From the NCBI GenBank assembly GCA_027923505.1, contig BROI01000014.1, positions 620,001-684,000 on the forward strand: a stretch of DNA of 64,000 nt, given 5' to 3'. This document shows, piece after piece, positions 1-9,931 of the stretch (positions are counted from its first letter, which is position 1; each line of letters starts with the position of its first letter). Under the pieces are notes generated by a model that ran no database searches, was not told the origin of the DNA, and saw only the letters and a list, made by a program, of their open reading frames with translations. Both the position numbers and the translations under genes were made by a program. Source of the DNA: Mayamaea pseudoterrestris (Eukaryota).

Positions 1-2250
1 TATACAACTTAAAAGCAATTTGCTAACTCGATCGCAAGGCTTCCACACTGCGTGCACAAAGTCTTCTCGTCCGCATCGATGTGTTAAGTTTAAAACATCA
101 ACGTTGTGCTCATTTATCTGTTCGAAATTGCCATTGCCAAGAGGTTGCATGCCACGAGCGAGCCGCCGTTCATTATATCTCAGTGCGTTCTCCAGCTCCA
201 ACAGGAAATCGACATGGGCACGTAATTCTAAGCTGCCTTCAAACGCCACAAAGGATGCATGCGTGTCGAATATTTGATCATCAACATTCTTGTCGGTTTC
301 CTCGAAAGGCATGCATCGAAACGACTTCTGAAATGGATATGAAGACAAACCAAATCGACTTTTCAAGCCAGGATACTCTGCAAAGTGCCAAGCATGGATA
401 CCTGGAAATCGAACGCCAGCAATGGGAGAGGGCTTGGAAACGTTCAACAGACTTCTCCAACCGTTCGTTCCGTCACCACGCATGCTACCCGGTCCGCTTG
501 TGGCGCACAAGAAGAGACGCGTGCAACGAGCCAGTGTGCGATGGGGCTCTGCGCGAAGACGAAAGCCAGCCAATAATTGGTGCATGGCGCCGTTTCCAAG
601 TATTTGTCTGATTCTCGTCTCAACATGAGCAGTCTCGGCGACACTTGGTTCGTGTTGCGGATTTGAGCTCTTCAACACTACTCGTGCTAAACTTTGGAGG
701 ATCACCGAGTCGACGTGCTGTTTTACGGGAAGATACGATGAGCTGCTCGCTCCAGGAAACAGAGGTCGCTGACTCTTCATTTGCTTCCAAATCGCCGTCC
801 CTGGTGGGCAAGGTGCCATGCGCCCTCGCCGACTACCCGCCATTCGCAGCAAGACCTGTCCTCTCTCGGGATTGCTAAGAAGTGAGTCATCGACAGTCTT
901 GCCACATTCCTCTTCTGATGAGAATCCACGAATAAATCCCTTTTCCAACAGCCGCTTTAGAACGTCACATAGATCTTGCAACGCCGACAAATGTTTGTCG
1001 ACTGCCGCAGAATCTGGCGCATCGGAGGACGATATTTGCAAATCCTTCGTAGCATAATACCTCCTATAGACGTCATCGAGTCGAAACCAAAAACCCTTTC
1101 TGTAAAAGAGACGACAGTACAAATGTAGGCTTCTGTCATCGTCTTCCATTTCCAAACAGGGCGTCTGTTGTAAATGTTGTGCTGGAACGACAGCAGGCAA
1201 ACTTTCACACTCAGCATTGCCTGTTAATTTGTCGCGACAAAGTATACACGTGCACACCCATGAATCGTGAACGTCGTCGTCAACAGGCAGGATATATCGT
1301 CGCGCCAACGCCAGCACCACTGACAAGTCATCTCCGCGTTCCCACTGAAAGAGCGTGTCATGCTTCGGTCCCACGCGCCAACGCGCGTCACGCATAATGA
1401 TCCAGCAAATTTCGGCCAAGTTTTGTAGGTAGGCAGATGTGAGTGGCGTGATGGGATGCTGATGAGTGGATGCAGGTGATGTTGTAGCGGTCGTTGTTGC
1501 TGCTGCTGACAAGCTGCAAATTGCTGATTCCAAAGAATCTTCTTCCAATTCAGGGTCAGCTACTAATTGATCCATTGCCGGCGTTGCCATTGGTTGGTGC
1601 GCTGGTGTTGGCGTCTTGTCGGCTCGAAACACGAGCTGATCGACCAGAAACTGTTTGTCTTTCTCCAATGCTAGGAATGATGATGGCCCTGTCGTCGAGT
1701 GCTTCGGACCTGGAGTTATTAGACTAATGAGTGGTTCATCGTCCAGATCTTCGTCATCCGAAGTGAATGATGTTTTCGTATGCAATGTCTGCATCTGCAT
1801 ATCTTTCTTCGAATTAGCGGACGCAATACTGACATCCGTGCCTGCATCATGGTCATTACTCCATTCAGTGTTCATCGCGTTCGCTTGCTGAGATAGTGAT
1901 GCGCCCGATGCAGCTGCTGCTGGTTTCATGTAGAGAAACTCGACCGAGGAATCGTCATCATTGACTGACAGTAAGTCGTCCTTTGCGTCATCGCCATGAT
2001 CACTCTCGAGGTCCAAATCAAGACTTTCCTCCTTTGCTAAAGCTAATTGTTGCGTGTATTCTTGTTCTAGAAGAAGTCTAGATCTATTCTGACTGGTGTC
2101 ATTGGGTGGCGGCGGTGCCTTGCAATTCTCCTTTTGCATGGCATCAGTCGTGCGTTGCCGCTTCTTCACACTGCCGATGACACCTTTACCGGCATGCCGT
2201 GTCGTGTCACTGTTTCCTGACGACTGCGAGCATGGAGGAGACGTCGCCAT
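1..2250 (-). CDS. FAN1: Fanconi-associated nuclease 1-like protein, N-terminal part (runs off the left edge)
   Basis: Hand translation from the ATG at 2250 (MATSPPCSQSSG...) gives 750 codons with no stop before the edge, which is why the ORF track omits it. Motifs LHLYCRLFYRKGFWFRL and QIFDTHASFVAFEGSLEL resemble FAN1 (LYxRLFxRKxxW and IFxxRxxLxxYE). The VRR-NUC domain would lie outside the window. Confidence 0.65.
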   Translation of the reverse strand, partial: MATSPPCSQSSGNSDTTRHAGKGVIGSVKKRQRTTDAMQKENCKAPPPPNDTSQNRSRLLLEQEYTQQLALAKEESLDLDLESDHGDDAKDDLLSVNDDDSSVEFLYMKPAAAASGASLSQQANAMNTEWSNDHDAGTDVSIASANSKKDMQMQTLHTKTSFTSDDEDLDDEPLISLITPGPKHSTTGPSSFLALEKDKQFLVDQLVFRADKTPTPAHQPMATPAMDQLVADPELEEDSLESAICSLSAAATTTATTSPASTHQHPITPLTSAYLQNLAEICWIIMRDARWRVGPKHDTLFQWERGDDLSVVLALARRYILPVDDDVHDSWVCTCILCRDKLTGNAECESLPAVVPAQHLQQTPCLEMEDDDRSLHLYCRLFYRKGFWFRLDDVYRRYYATKDLQISSSDAPDSAAVDKHLSALQDLCDVLKRLLEKGFIRGFSSEEECGKTVDDSLLSNPERGQVLLRMAGSRRGRMAPCPPGTAIWKQMKSQRPLFPGASSSSYLPVKQHVDSVILQSLARVVLKSSNPQHEPSVAETAHVETRIRQILGNGAMHQLLAGFRLRAEPHRTLARCTRLFLCATSGPGSMRGDGTNGWRSLLNVSKPSPIAGVRFPGIHAWHFAEYPGLKSRFGLSSYPFQKSFRCMPFEETDKNVDDQIFDTHASFVAFEGSLELRAHVDFLLELENALRYNERRLARGMQPLGNGNFEQINEHNVDVLNLTHRCGREDFVHAVWKPCDRVSKLLLSCI

Positions 2251-2444
2251 GGCGCAGAAAGATTGCAGCGAGATAATGGAGGAGGCTCGTGATGATGGTC
2301 TGCCTTCATCGCCGAGTCGCCGCAAGGGTCGAGGTTCGGTCTGCACTAATTAATGAAAACCGCTGAGACATCTCAGAACACTGTCCTAGCGGTACTACAT
2401 ATCTGCATCCTCGTCGGCTTCGCCATCACATTCATTGTGTCACC

Positions 2445-3440
2445 ATGACGAAGCTTCCTCCACTTTGCTTTGCATTATTCATCCTGACTTCTCTGTTAAA
2501 TCTGTCATGTATCTATAGTCAAGAGACATGCAGTAAAAGCGACTCCGCGAATGGCGTCTGTTCTGCTTCAATTTTGATTCGAAATGACGACGCTCAGCAG
2601 GGCAAATTGACAGACATATCACATTGTCAATCGAAAGGAAACTTGTATCGACACTCTGGGACTGCACAGGCTTACAAGGCTAACGCGCCGTCGAAGAATC
2701 ATGTGTGCAGTCAAAGTTTGGATCAATCTCAAAAGCTTAAAATTGCAGGCTGGCCCTTGACGCGGCGATCCTTTCGAAACCCACCGACACTGACGATTCA
2801 AGTCAATCTATGGAGCTGCACCGTCAACGAGAATACAACGACAACCGACAATGAATGCTACTGTAAACCTCTCATTAATGAACAATCCGCTGTTGTTGAC
2901 GTTTGGCAGGCAAGGCCAGACGGAACCTACTCGTCCCTCCGCAGTAATTCTGGCGACTGCAGAGCGAAAGTAGCTGTTTCCTCGCAAGGCACGGCAACGA
3001 TGGAAACTCTAGCTCCGGGATCTGCTGGTGCAATGGGCGGCCTTGGACCAGCTGGCTGGGACTTTGCACCATATGCTGCTCCCGTCATTCACATGCTTGC
3101 ATCGGCGTCGAACCACGCTCCGATCCTCGTCGACATTCCCATCATCTTCGACCGCACCACCTTGCATCAAACTTCCTTTTCGTGGAGTGATTGGCGTGGA
3201 CATGGATGGATGACTAAAAAGCCAGTGGAGGAGAGAGCTTATCGAATCACGGCATGGGAGCCTGATGCAAAAGAGAATCGCATACAAATTTCTGTGGATC
3301 TCTACTTGCCAAGGACGGGCAAGAATGTTACGCTTTCGGAAGCCTTGTGCCCTGCACGCTTTTATGGATTGCCCTGGTCGTTCTACAAGGAGCCAATCGC
3401 AGAATGTGCGCCGTTCCTACTTGATTTCTTTGCGTTGTAG
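2445..3440 (+). CDS. Secreted intradiol ring-cleavage dioxygenase-fold protein
   Basis: Hydrophobic N-terminal signal peptide; AVVDVWQARPDGTYS, ETLAPG and PVIH match the intradiol dioxygenase core pattern, but the metal ligands are degenerate. Confidence 0.65.
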   Translation: MTKLPPLCFALFILTSLLNLSCIYSQETCSKSDSANGVCSASILIRNDDAQQGKLTDISHCQSKGNLYRHSGTAQAYKANAPSKNHVCSQSLDQSQKLKIAGWPLTRRSFRNPPTLTIQVNLWSCTVNENTTTTDNECYCKPLINEQSAVVDVWQARPDGTYSSLRSNSGDCRAKVAVSSQGTATMETLAPGSAGAMGGLGPAGWDFAPYAAPVIHMLASASNHAPILVDIPIIFDRTTLHQTSFSWSDWRGHGWMTKKPVEERAYRITAWEPDAKENRIQISVDLYLPRTGKNVTLSEALCPARFYGLPWSFYKEPIAECAPFLLDFFAL

Positions 3441-3510
3441 TGTTTCGACTCAAGACCACAAGTCAAAAGCGATATATCAACCTATCTTACTGCTTGCTGA
3501 TTACATGAAC

Positions 3511-4050
3511 TTATTCGTCATCATCGTCGTCATCACCACCTTCCTCTTCGAAATCATCGAAACGTGACCAATCCACAGTCGAAAAGGTCTTGCCATAGTT
3601 ATTGGCAGTCCAAGCCCAGTCTGTCAACTTGCCAGTCGTGAATTCACCAACAACAATAAACATGACCAGCCAGGATGCATAGAGAGCGGTCGACTTGCCG
3701 AATCTGCATAGAATAAAATAGTAGAGAAGAAGTAATGGGTTAACGAGCAATCGGTATCGTTTGTAGTTTAAAAGCAACGTCTTACGACAATTTATCAAAG
3801 ATCTTTCACGCCGATTGAATCCATTGACCAATTCAGTTTCGTTCACCTCCATCAAATAATTCAGAATCTCGCACTTGCTCACGCAGTTATTACACTAGTA
3901 ACATAAATGTAATACGCACGTGTTGTACCATTTGCGCAGAAAGCCAGGCGGAATTGGAGTAGCTCCTGCAGTTGCCAAGTGTCGCACCCTTTGCGCAGGA
4001 ATCTGCGCAGAGACTCGTCGGAGCGCTGAGTGTGCGGCGAGACGAAACAT
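3511..4050 (-). CDS. QCR9: Cytochrome bc1 complex subunit 9; 2 exons (4050-3920, 3703-3511)
   Basis: GT-AG intron at 3919-3704 joins ...LRKWYNT to FGKSTALYASWLVMFIVVGEF...DWAWTANNYGKTF, the QCR9/UQCR10 pattern (YN, ST, TM helix, D-x-x-W, N-x-GK). Confidence 0.75.
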
Positions 4051-4303
4051 GTCAATATAAAAGCTACTGTTTTGCTGTGATTTCTTCAATCGACTTCTCC
4101 TAGCTCGCTAGCCGGCAGCCACAACATCATGGTCGAGACGAGAGGTCCAACGCGTCGACGATGATGCATACGTCACAGTTCTCCTTAACCTTACCGTGAA
4201 CGCGCTGATCTTGCTAGCTAATGCAGCTAATCCAAGCCAGTATGAGGTGCTATCAATACCCGTAAGCTATTGCCATACTCAAAAGATAAAAAAGCAAATA
4301 AGG

Positions 4304-5547
4304 TTAATCACTGTCACTATCCATCATCATTGCTGAAAAGACACCACCACCGCTAGCCTTGGCAGCAGGCTTGGCTGCGACCGGCTTGCGAGACGCTGGT
4401 GTAGACCATTTCGTCGCTGTAGTCGCAACAGATTTGTATGCCCCTCCCGCTGGTGCCTTTGGTTTATTAGACATCTTACTCTTTTGCTGTTTTCGCTGAG
4501 ACTCCCACGCGGATCTGCTTGCTTGCACTCGAGCTTGGAAACCTTCGTCCGTTTCAAACCATCCGCGACTTGACTCCTATTGAATCAAGAAAAAGCTCCG
4601 TCAGAATGATGGTAAGATAATTTACACGGCATGATGATATAACATGTACTCACCTCAAGTGCCTCGATTTCAATGACAATTTCATCCTTTCGAGCCACCG
4701 ACTGAGATTCCTTGAGTGTCAATAAACGTCCCTTGGCTCCCTCCTCTATTGCTAATAAAGGCAGCATCTCCCTTCGCAGCTTTGCAATGTCCGACTCGTG
4801 CTTCAATGGATGCGGTGGGGATGTGCCAGTCTTTTCCAGCTTGGTCTTGCGTTCCTCTGCCTTGCCCTTTGCAATAGCAAGGTTCTCAACCCGTTTCTTC
4901 TTTCCTTCCTTTTCAGCTTCCGCAATTTCTTCCTTTAGGCTTTGTATACGCTCATCTACTTGGTCCAGTAGACTGCGTCGCTCCTCGACCGTGACGCGGC
5001 CATCCTCAACGTGCTTGTGCATGAGGTCGCGAACGAGAGTGAGCTTTTCTTCGAGCGACTTTAGCGAAACTGAATTGTAGAGCTCATCTTCCGCCTCGCT
5101 CAGTGGTGTTCCCTGCATAAGTTTCGTATCTAGTCCCTTGACAATATCAACAATTCCTTCAATCGCCTTGGCGCAACCCTTCTTTTGCGACCAAGACGGA
5201 CAAGTCGAAGCAATATTCTTTTCAAACACGTTGATACTAGAGTATGCAAGCTTGTACTCGTGCGAGCCCTCCGGAATCAATGCAGCTCCAAGGCTCATCT
5301 TTGCCATGTCCTTGCCAAGTTGATTGTTGCTTGCATTGACCTTTGGAAACACAACGACTGTTTTAAGATTCTTTCCGGTATCGTGCTGCAGCTTGAAAGA
5401 TCCTGCGCATTCCATGACAGCCGACGCTCCTCGATCTTCCTCGAAGTCACATTCTCGGAGCGTCGACGTTACCACCTTTGCAGCAGACTCGTCGTACTTT
5501 TGTCGACCAAGCTTGCCGGCGCCAACGATAAAGGTGATGCGGATCAT
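4304..5547 (-). CDS. Uncharacterised coiled-coil protein; 2 exons (5547-4654, 4576-4304)
   Basis: 320-aa ORF with a GTGAGT donor at 4653 and an AG acceptor at 4577, splicing in frame to ESSRGWFETDEGFQARV...MMMDSDSD*. Confidence 0.7.
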
Positions 5548-6198
5548 TGTTTCGAGGTCAAAGGGATCGGAGAATGCATCGCGAATCGTGTTTTCAATAG
5601 TTTGAGGAGCCTGGCCAGCAAGATCAAAGGTTTCGCTTTCTGCAAATCAAAAGCAAGTCACGCAATTGTCAGTTGGAATACGACCGGTACGTGGGCAGCC
5701 ATTGCCAGTTCATCGTCGCAAACGACTCACCAGTCGTATTGCGAATGGACGCTGCCATTCCACTGACAGCATGCGACATGTTGATGATGGTGATTGATTA
5801 ACTAAAAGGACGGGACTGATGGCGGAGAAAAGGGTGGAAGAAAGTAGTTGTTGCGTCATGGTCGTTTCGGAAAGGTGAGCCGAAATTCTGTCTTTTCACT
5901 CACGCTTGTCCGGCTCTTAACCCGATTCTGTCGCCAAGGAAAAAGCGATCCGAGCCTGTCGCGCACCATGCCAAAGAACAAGCCTCTTCAAGCCCCTTTG
6001 TTGCTGTCCAAAGAAGGATTATTTACGCAATCTACGTGATTTGAATTAGGGAAGATTGATTTCACCGATTAAAAACCTGGTGGTCCACAAGCAAGCGAGA
6101 GCTCTGAGCACTTATTCATAATTGACGGAAGAAGTTGCTGCTCAAGCCATCAGCCATCAGGTCGTGCACCTTTTGACAAAAAGCTCCATTAGCAGACA

Positions 6199-7947
6199 AT
6201 GCCATCAAGACTATGGCTAGGAACGCTGGCGATATGTATTTGCAACACTTCAGATGCATTTCAAGCTGCAGCGCCGTCGATGAGAATAAGATCACTTTTT
6301 GCGACACCCAGAGCCACACGCGACACTGTTAAAGCGCCCGGAAAATCACGGAAAAAGGGAGCAAATAGCACCAAGAAACGACCAAATATATCTACGACAA
6401 GGTCAGATTCGCAAATACCCGGACCACGTCCCATTCTAACAGATTATGAAGCTAATCGCAACATTCACACCAACAAACAGCGACTCGTCCAAGATATTGG
6501 TTGTCCTCATTTCGGAACCTGCTCGGGATGCTCCGTTTCTGCGCAAGTTGGAAGTGTGGACACAATACAATCTGCAAGCCAATTCTTTTCAAGTACACTG
6601 GTACAACGCAGTCGGACTCGAACAAGCTCTACGTCGGAATGGGATGACGACGCATCCGATGAATTAGCGTATCCAATCATTGTTCCATCCCCGCTTGGAC
6701 AGTGGCGGACGCAAGCTAAACTAGCCGTTGCTCCAAAGTCGTCCTCATGGAACAAGGATGGGTGTAGCTTGGGTTTGTTTGCGCGTGGGACGCACAATGT
6801 GTTGCGCATTCCTGATTGTCGAGTCCATCATCCGTCCATCAACCGGGCCGTAGCGCTTCTGGAGGAAGCCTCGGCCAAAGTTGGAACGCCGGCATATACG
6901 GGAAAGCGTGAAGTGAGTTTGCGCTATGTACAGTTTCAAGTGGAACGTATTACCAATAAGGTTTGTTTGACGCTCGTTTGGAGTGCTGAATCCTTGAAGG
7001 ACACACATCCGCACCTCACGCGTCTGACCAAGGAGCTGCAGCGAACGGACCCAAAACTTTGGCATAGCATGTGGTGCCACTGTAACGACGGATCTGGTAA
7101 CAATATTTTCTCGAGAAACCCAAAACGATGGCATCACTTGTCGGGGCCAGAGTTTGTGCGTGAGCCACTGCCTGTCAGTGACAATGGGTGGCTGTACTTT
7201 TCGCCACTCAATTTCCGCCAAGCCAACATGGATGGCTTTGATATACTTGCCAGAGATGTAGCTCAAGCAGTTCCTGGGGGGTCCAAAGTATGTGAGCTGT
7301 ATGCTGGAGTCGGGTTGCTGAGCTTGACGGCGCTCGCCTATCATGCAGAGTTGGATCCCCTAGAATGGGTCCGCTGCAGCGATGAGAACCCATCCAATCC
7401 GAGATCATTTGAAAAAGCTGTTGAATCGATAGCTCCTGCTGTTACTGGGCGCAACACACGAGGCAAGCGTGCCAAAGAGGAAGAGACCATGACATTGGCG
7501 CAACTTGCGTCAATGATGGAATCTGGTGCACTGAGCAATGCCAAAACTACCACAACCGGAGACAAGATCAGCTACCTTGTCGCAGACGCAGCCAAAGCTC
7601 TGCAATTAGGTCAAGCGCTCGGTGCTAACGTCCTTATTGTTGATCCGCCCCGGAAAGGGCTGGAGCCAGCTGTGCTGAGTGAATTGTGCAAGCCTTTTAA
7701 TCGGGCACAGCCGTATGTCGAGTCATCCTCCGCGTTGGTAATGATACCCGAAGAACGAATCAACTGGGTTAACGATGTTGATACTCTCATATACGTGAGC
7801 TGTGGGTTTGACGCTCTCGCCCGAGATACGGAGGAGCTTGTGACAAGCAATGCTGGATGGAAAATTGAGAGTTCTACTGGATACGTCCTCTTTCCTGGCT
7901 CCAACCACGTGGAAACGATCTGTATATTCAAGCGTAAGCTGACATAG
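6199..7947 (+). CDS. RNA (uracil-5)-methyltransferase, TrmA/RumA family, probably plastid-targeted
   Basis: Motifs CPHFGTCSGC (Fe-S), FRQAN, ELYAGVG, DPPRKG, YVSC (catalytic Cys) and FPGSNHVE; signal peptide ending SDA-F. Confidence 0.85.
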   Translation: MPSRLWLGTLAICICNTSDAFQAAAPSMRIRSLFATPRATRDTVKAPGKSRKKGANSTKKRPNISTTRSDSQIPGPRPILTDYEANRNIHTNKQRLVQDIGCPHFGTCSGCSVSAQVGSVDTIQSASQFFSSTLVQRSRTRTSSTSEWDDDASDELAYPIIVPSPLGQWRTQAKLAVAPKSSSWNKDGCSLGLFARGTHNVLRIPDCRVHHPSINRAVALLEEASAKVGTPAYTGKREVSLRYVQFQVERITNKVCLTLVWSAESLKDTHPHLTRLTKELQRTDPKLWHSMWCHCNDGSGNNIFSRNPKRWHHLSGPEFVREPLPVSDNGWLYFSPLNFRQANMDGFDILARDVAQAVPGGSKVCELYAGVGLLSLTALAYHAELDPLEWVRCSDENPSNPRSFEKAVESIAPAVTGRNTRGKRAKEEETMTLAQLASMMESGALSNAKTTTTGDKISYLVADAAKALQLGQALGANVLIVDPPRKGLEPAVLSELCKPFNRAQPYVESSSALVMIPEERINWVNDVDTLIYVSCGFDALARDTEELVTSNAGWKIESSTGYVLFPGSNHVETICIFKRKLT

Positions 7948-8356
7948 ACTAACTGCTCTGTGACTCTCTTTGGTACACGTCTGTCTCATGAAGCGATCTA
8001 CTGTAAACTCCCAGGCGAACAATGCAAACCTGCTGACATCTTGCAGTAGCAATACCAGTGCGACTCGAACCTTATTTTCGTCCGATGACGTGATCGGATT
8101 TCGAATATTTCGACCCTTTCGTCCACCATGGCAAGCCCGATGAGCACCTTGATAACAGCCTCTTGACGCTCCGGTCGTCGACTACAAGACGATTATCATA
8201 TTCAGTATCCCACAGTTTATCAGGAGGACTGCTCAAAGTCTATCGACAGTGTCGTTTCGACCTTAACTGCACGAGATTCCAACCGCATCGCCCTTCATTC
8301 TTCATTCTCGACCGACACAGACTCGCTCAACGGGAAAGCTGTCATCCGTTTCATAA

Positions 8357-9886
8357 ATGGTGGCACTGCTGCCACTGTCAATTTTGTTCATTTTTCGGTC
8401 CGCGACTTGCTTCTCGTCACGTACTAGCAGGCAGCAGTCACCAAACCGTGTGCGACCGAGTTTCGTCCATTGCATGGCCGATCCGCAAAATAATGGCAAA
8501 GATACAGTTAAGCATATTGTGCTAGTTGGTGGCGGGCATGCCCATGTACAAGTCATCAAGGCGCTGCACCAACGCGCGCGTGGCGAAAATGTGAGAATCA
8601 CACTGATCGATCCCCTCGAATCAGCTTGCTACTCCGGAATGGTCCCTGGATGCATCGTCGGGAGCTACGAACCCTCAGAGACCTTGATCAACTTGAGAAG
8701 TCTTGCAAAGTGGGCTTCGGCTGAGTTTGTACATGATAGTGTTGTTGACGTTGACTTCGATGAAAAGTGTGTTCATATTTCAAACGTGCCAGATCCAATA
8801 TTCTTTGATGTCATTTCATTCGATATTGGCTCCGTTTCTCGGGATCTAGACGATATTCCTGGAGCACGGGAGCATGCAATTGCGACTCGACCAATTCACA
8901 AGCTCGTCAGTCGACTCGATCAAGCACTAGAGCAACATAAGCAGAGACAAGTGGAAATGGGTGAAGAGCATCCTCCACATATTGTTGTGATTGGCGGAGG
9001 TGTGGCAGGAATCGAATTGGCCATGTCAGTAACGACGCGGTGGCAGAATTCGTACCCTGAAACTTCTTGTACCCTTCTGGATGCAGGCTCTGTGCTTATT
9101 CCAACTGAGTCGGCCCTGGCTCGTGAGAAGCTCAAGGAAACGCTTGCAACAAGGCGGATAAAGGTCAGACACGATGTGAGGGTGAAAGATGTTTTCGAAA
9201 ATTGTATTCAACTGGAAGACTCAGATACAATGATTCATTTTTCTCTGTGCATTTGGGCGACCGGTGCTGGAGCAAACCCATTAGCATACTATTTGAGTTC
9301 GAATCGCGGACTGGAAACGACGGAGCATGGTTGGATCAAAGTCCAGCCATCGCTTCAGAGCACGAAGTATCCTTACGTCTTTTCTGTTGGCGATTGTGCC
9401 TCAATTCAAGGTCTGGGACAAGGTTCGCCTCCGAAAGCAGGAGTGTATGCAGTCAGAGCCGGCCCAATTTTGGTTGAAAACCTTATCTCCTATCTGAAAG
9501 GGTGCGCACTTTCTGTTTATGAGCCACAGGACGACTTCTGGAAGCTTCTCGTATGCGGTGAAGAAACTGCCATTGGGTTTCGCTTTGGTATTGCTATCCA
9601 AGGCCATTGGGTATGGCAGTTAAAAAATCATATCGACCGCCAATTTATGCAGCAGTTCGACGTTGACAATCTTCCCCCTCCGACTGAAGCATCGCTCGAC
9701 ATGTCTCAGTACGACGACGTCAGCGATATGCTCCCCACATTGCAGCTCAATCCGGCGCATGATGCTGAGTTAATTCAAAGAAACGACGACGGAGTAGATT
9801 TTTTACAAGCATGGGCCGTCTTACGCGCAATGGCAAAGGACAGTGGTTACAGGGACAGTGTCATTAGTAACATAAAAAGCAGGTAG
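8357..9886 (+). CDS. FAD-dependent pyridine nucleotide-disulfide oxidoreductase resembling the N-terminal domain of SelD fusion proteins
   Basis: Motifs LVGGGHAHVQV, YSGMVPG, ISFDIGS, IGGGVAGIEL, WATGA, VGDCA, PKAGVYAVRAG and WQLKNHIDRQFM; signal peptide followed by ATC-F. Confidence 0.8.
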   Translation: MVALLPLSILFIFRSATCFSSRTSRQQSPNRVRPSFVHCMADPQNNGKDTVKHIVLVGGGHAHVQVIKALHQRARGENVRITLIDPLESACYSGMVPGCIVGSYEPSETLINLRSLAKWASAEFVHDSVVDVDFDEKCVHISNVPDPIFFDVISFDIGSVSRDLDDIPGAREHAIATRPIHKLVSRLDQALEQHKQRQVEMGEEHPPHIVVIGGGVAGIELAMSVTTRWQNSYPETSCTLLDAGSVLIPTESALAREKLKETLATRRIKVRHDVRVKDVFENCIQLEDSDTMIHFSLCIWATGAGANPLAYYLSSNRGLETTEHGWIKVQPSLQSTKYPYVFSVGDCASIQGLGQGSPPKAGVYAVRAGPILVENLISYLKGCALSVYEPQDDFWKLLVCGEETAIGFRFGIAIQGHWVWQLKNHIDRQFMQQFDVDNLPPPTEASLDMSQYDDVSDMLPTLQLNPAHDAELIQRNDDGVDFLQAWAVLRAMAKDSGYRDSVISNIKSR

Positions 9887-9931
9887 ATGAATCATAATAA
9901 ATGTACATGCATAAATTCAGACTTGAAGATC

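Noticed and set aside
2445..9886. Bacterial contamination or an HGT island of bacterial-like enzymes
   Set aside because: These genes carry eukaryotic targeting peptides and are interleaved with intron-containing genes of similar composition.
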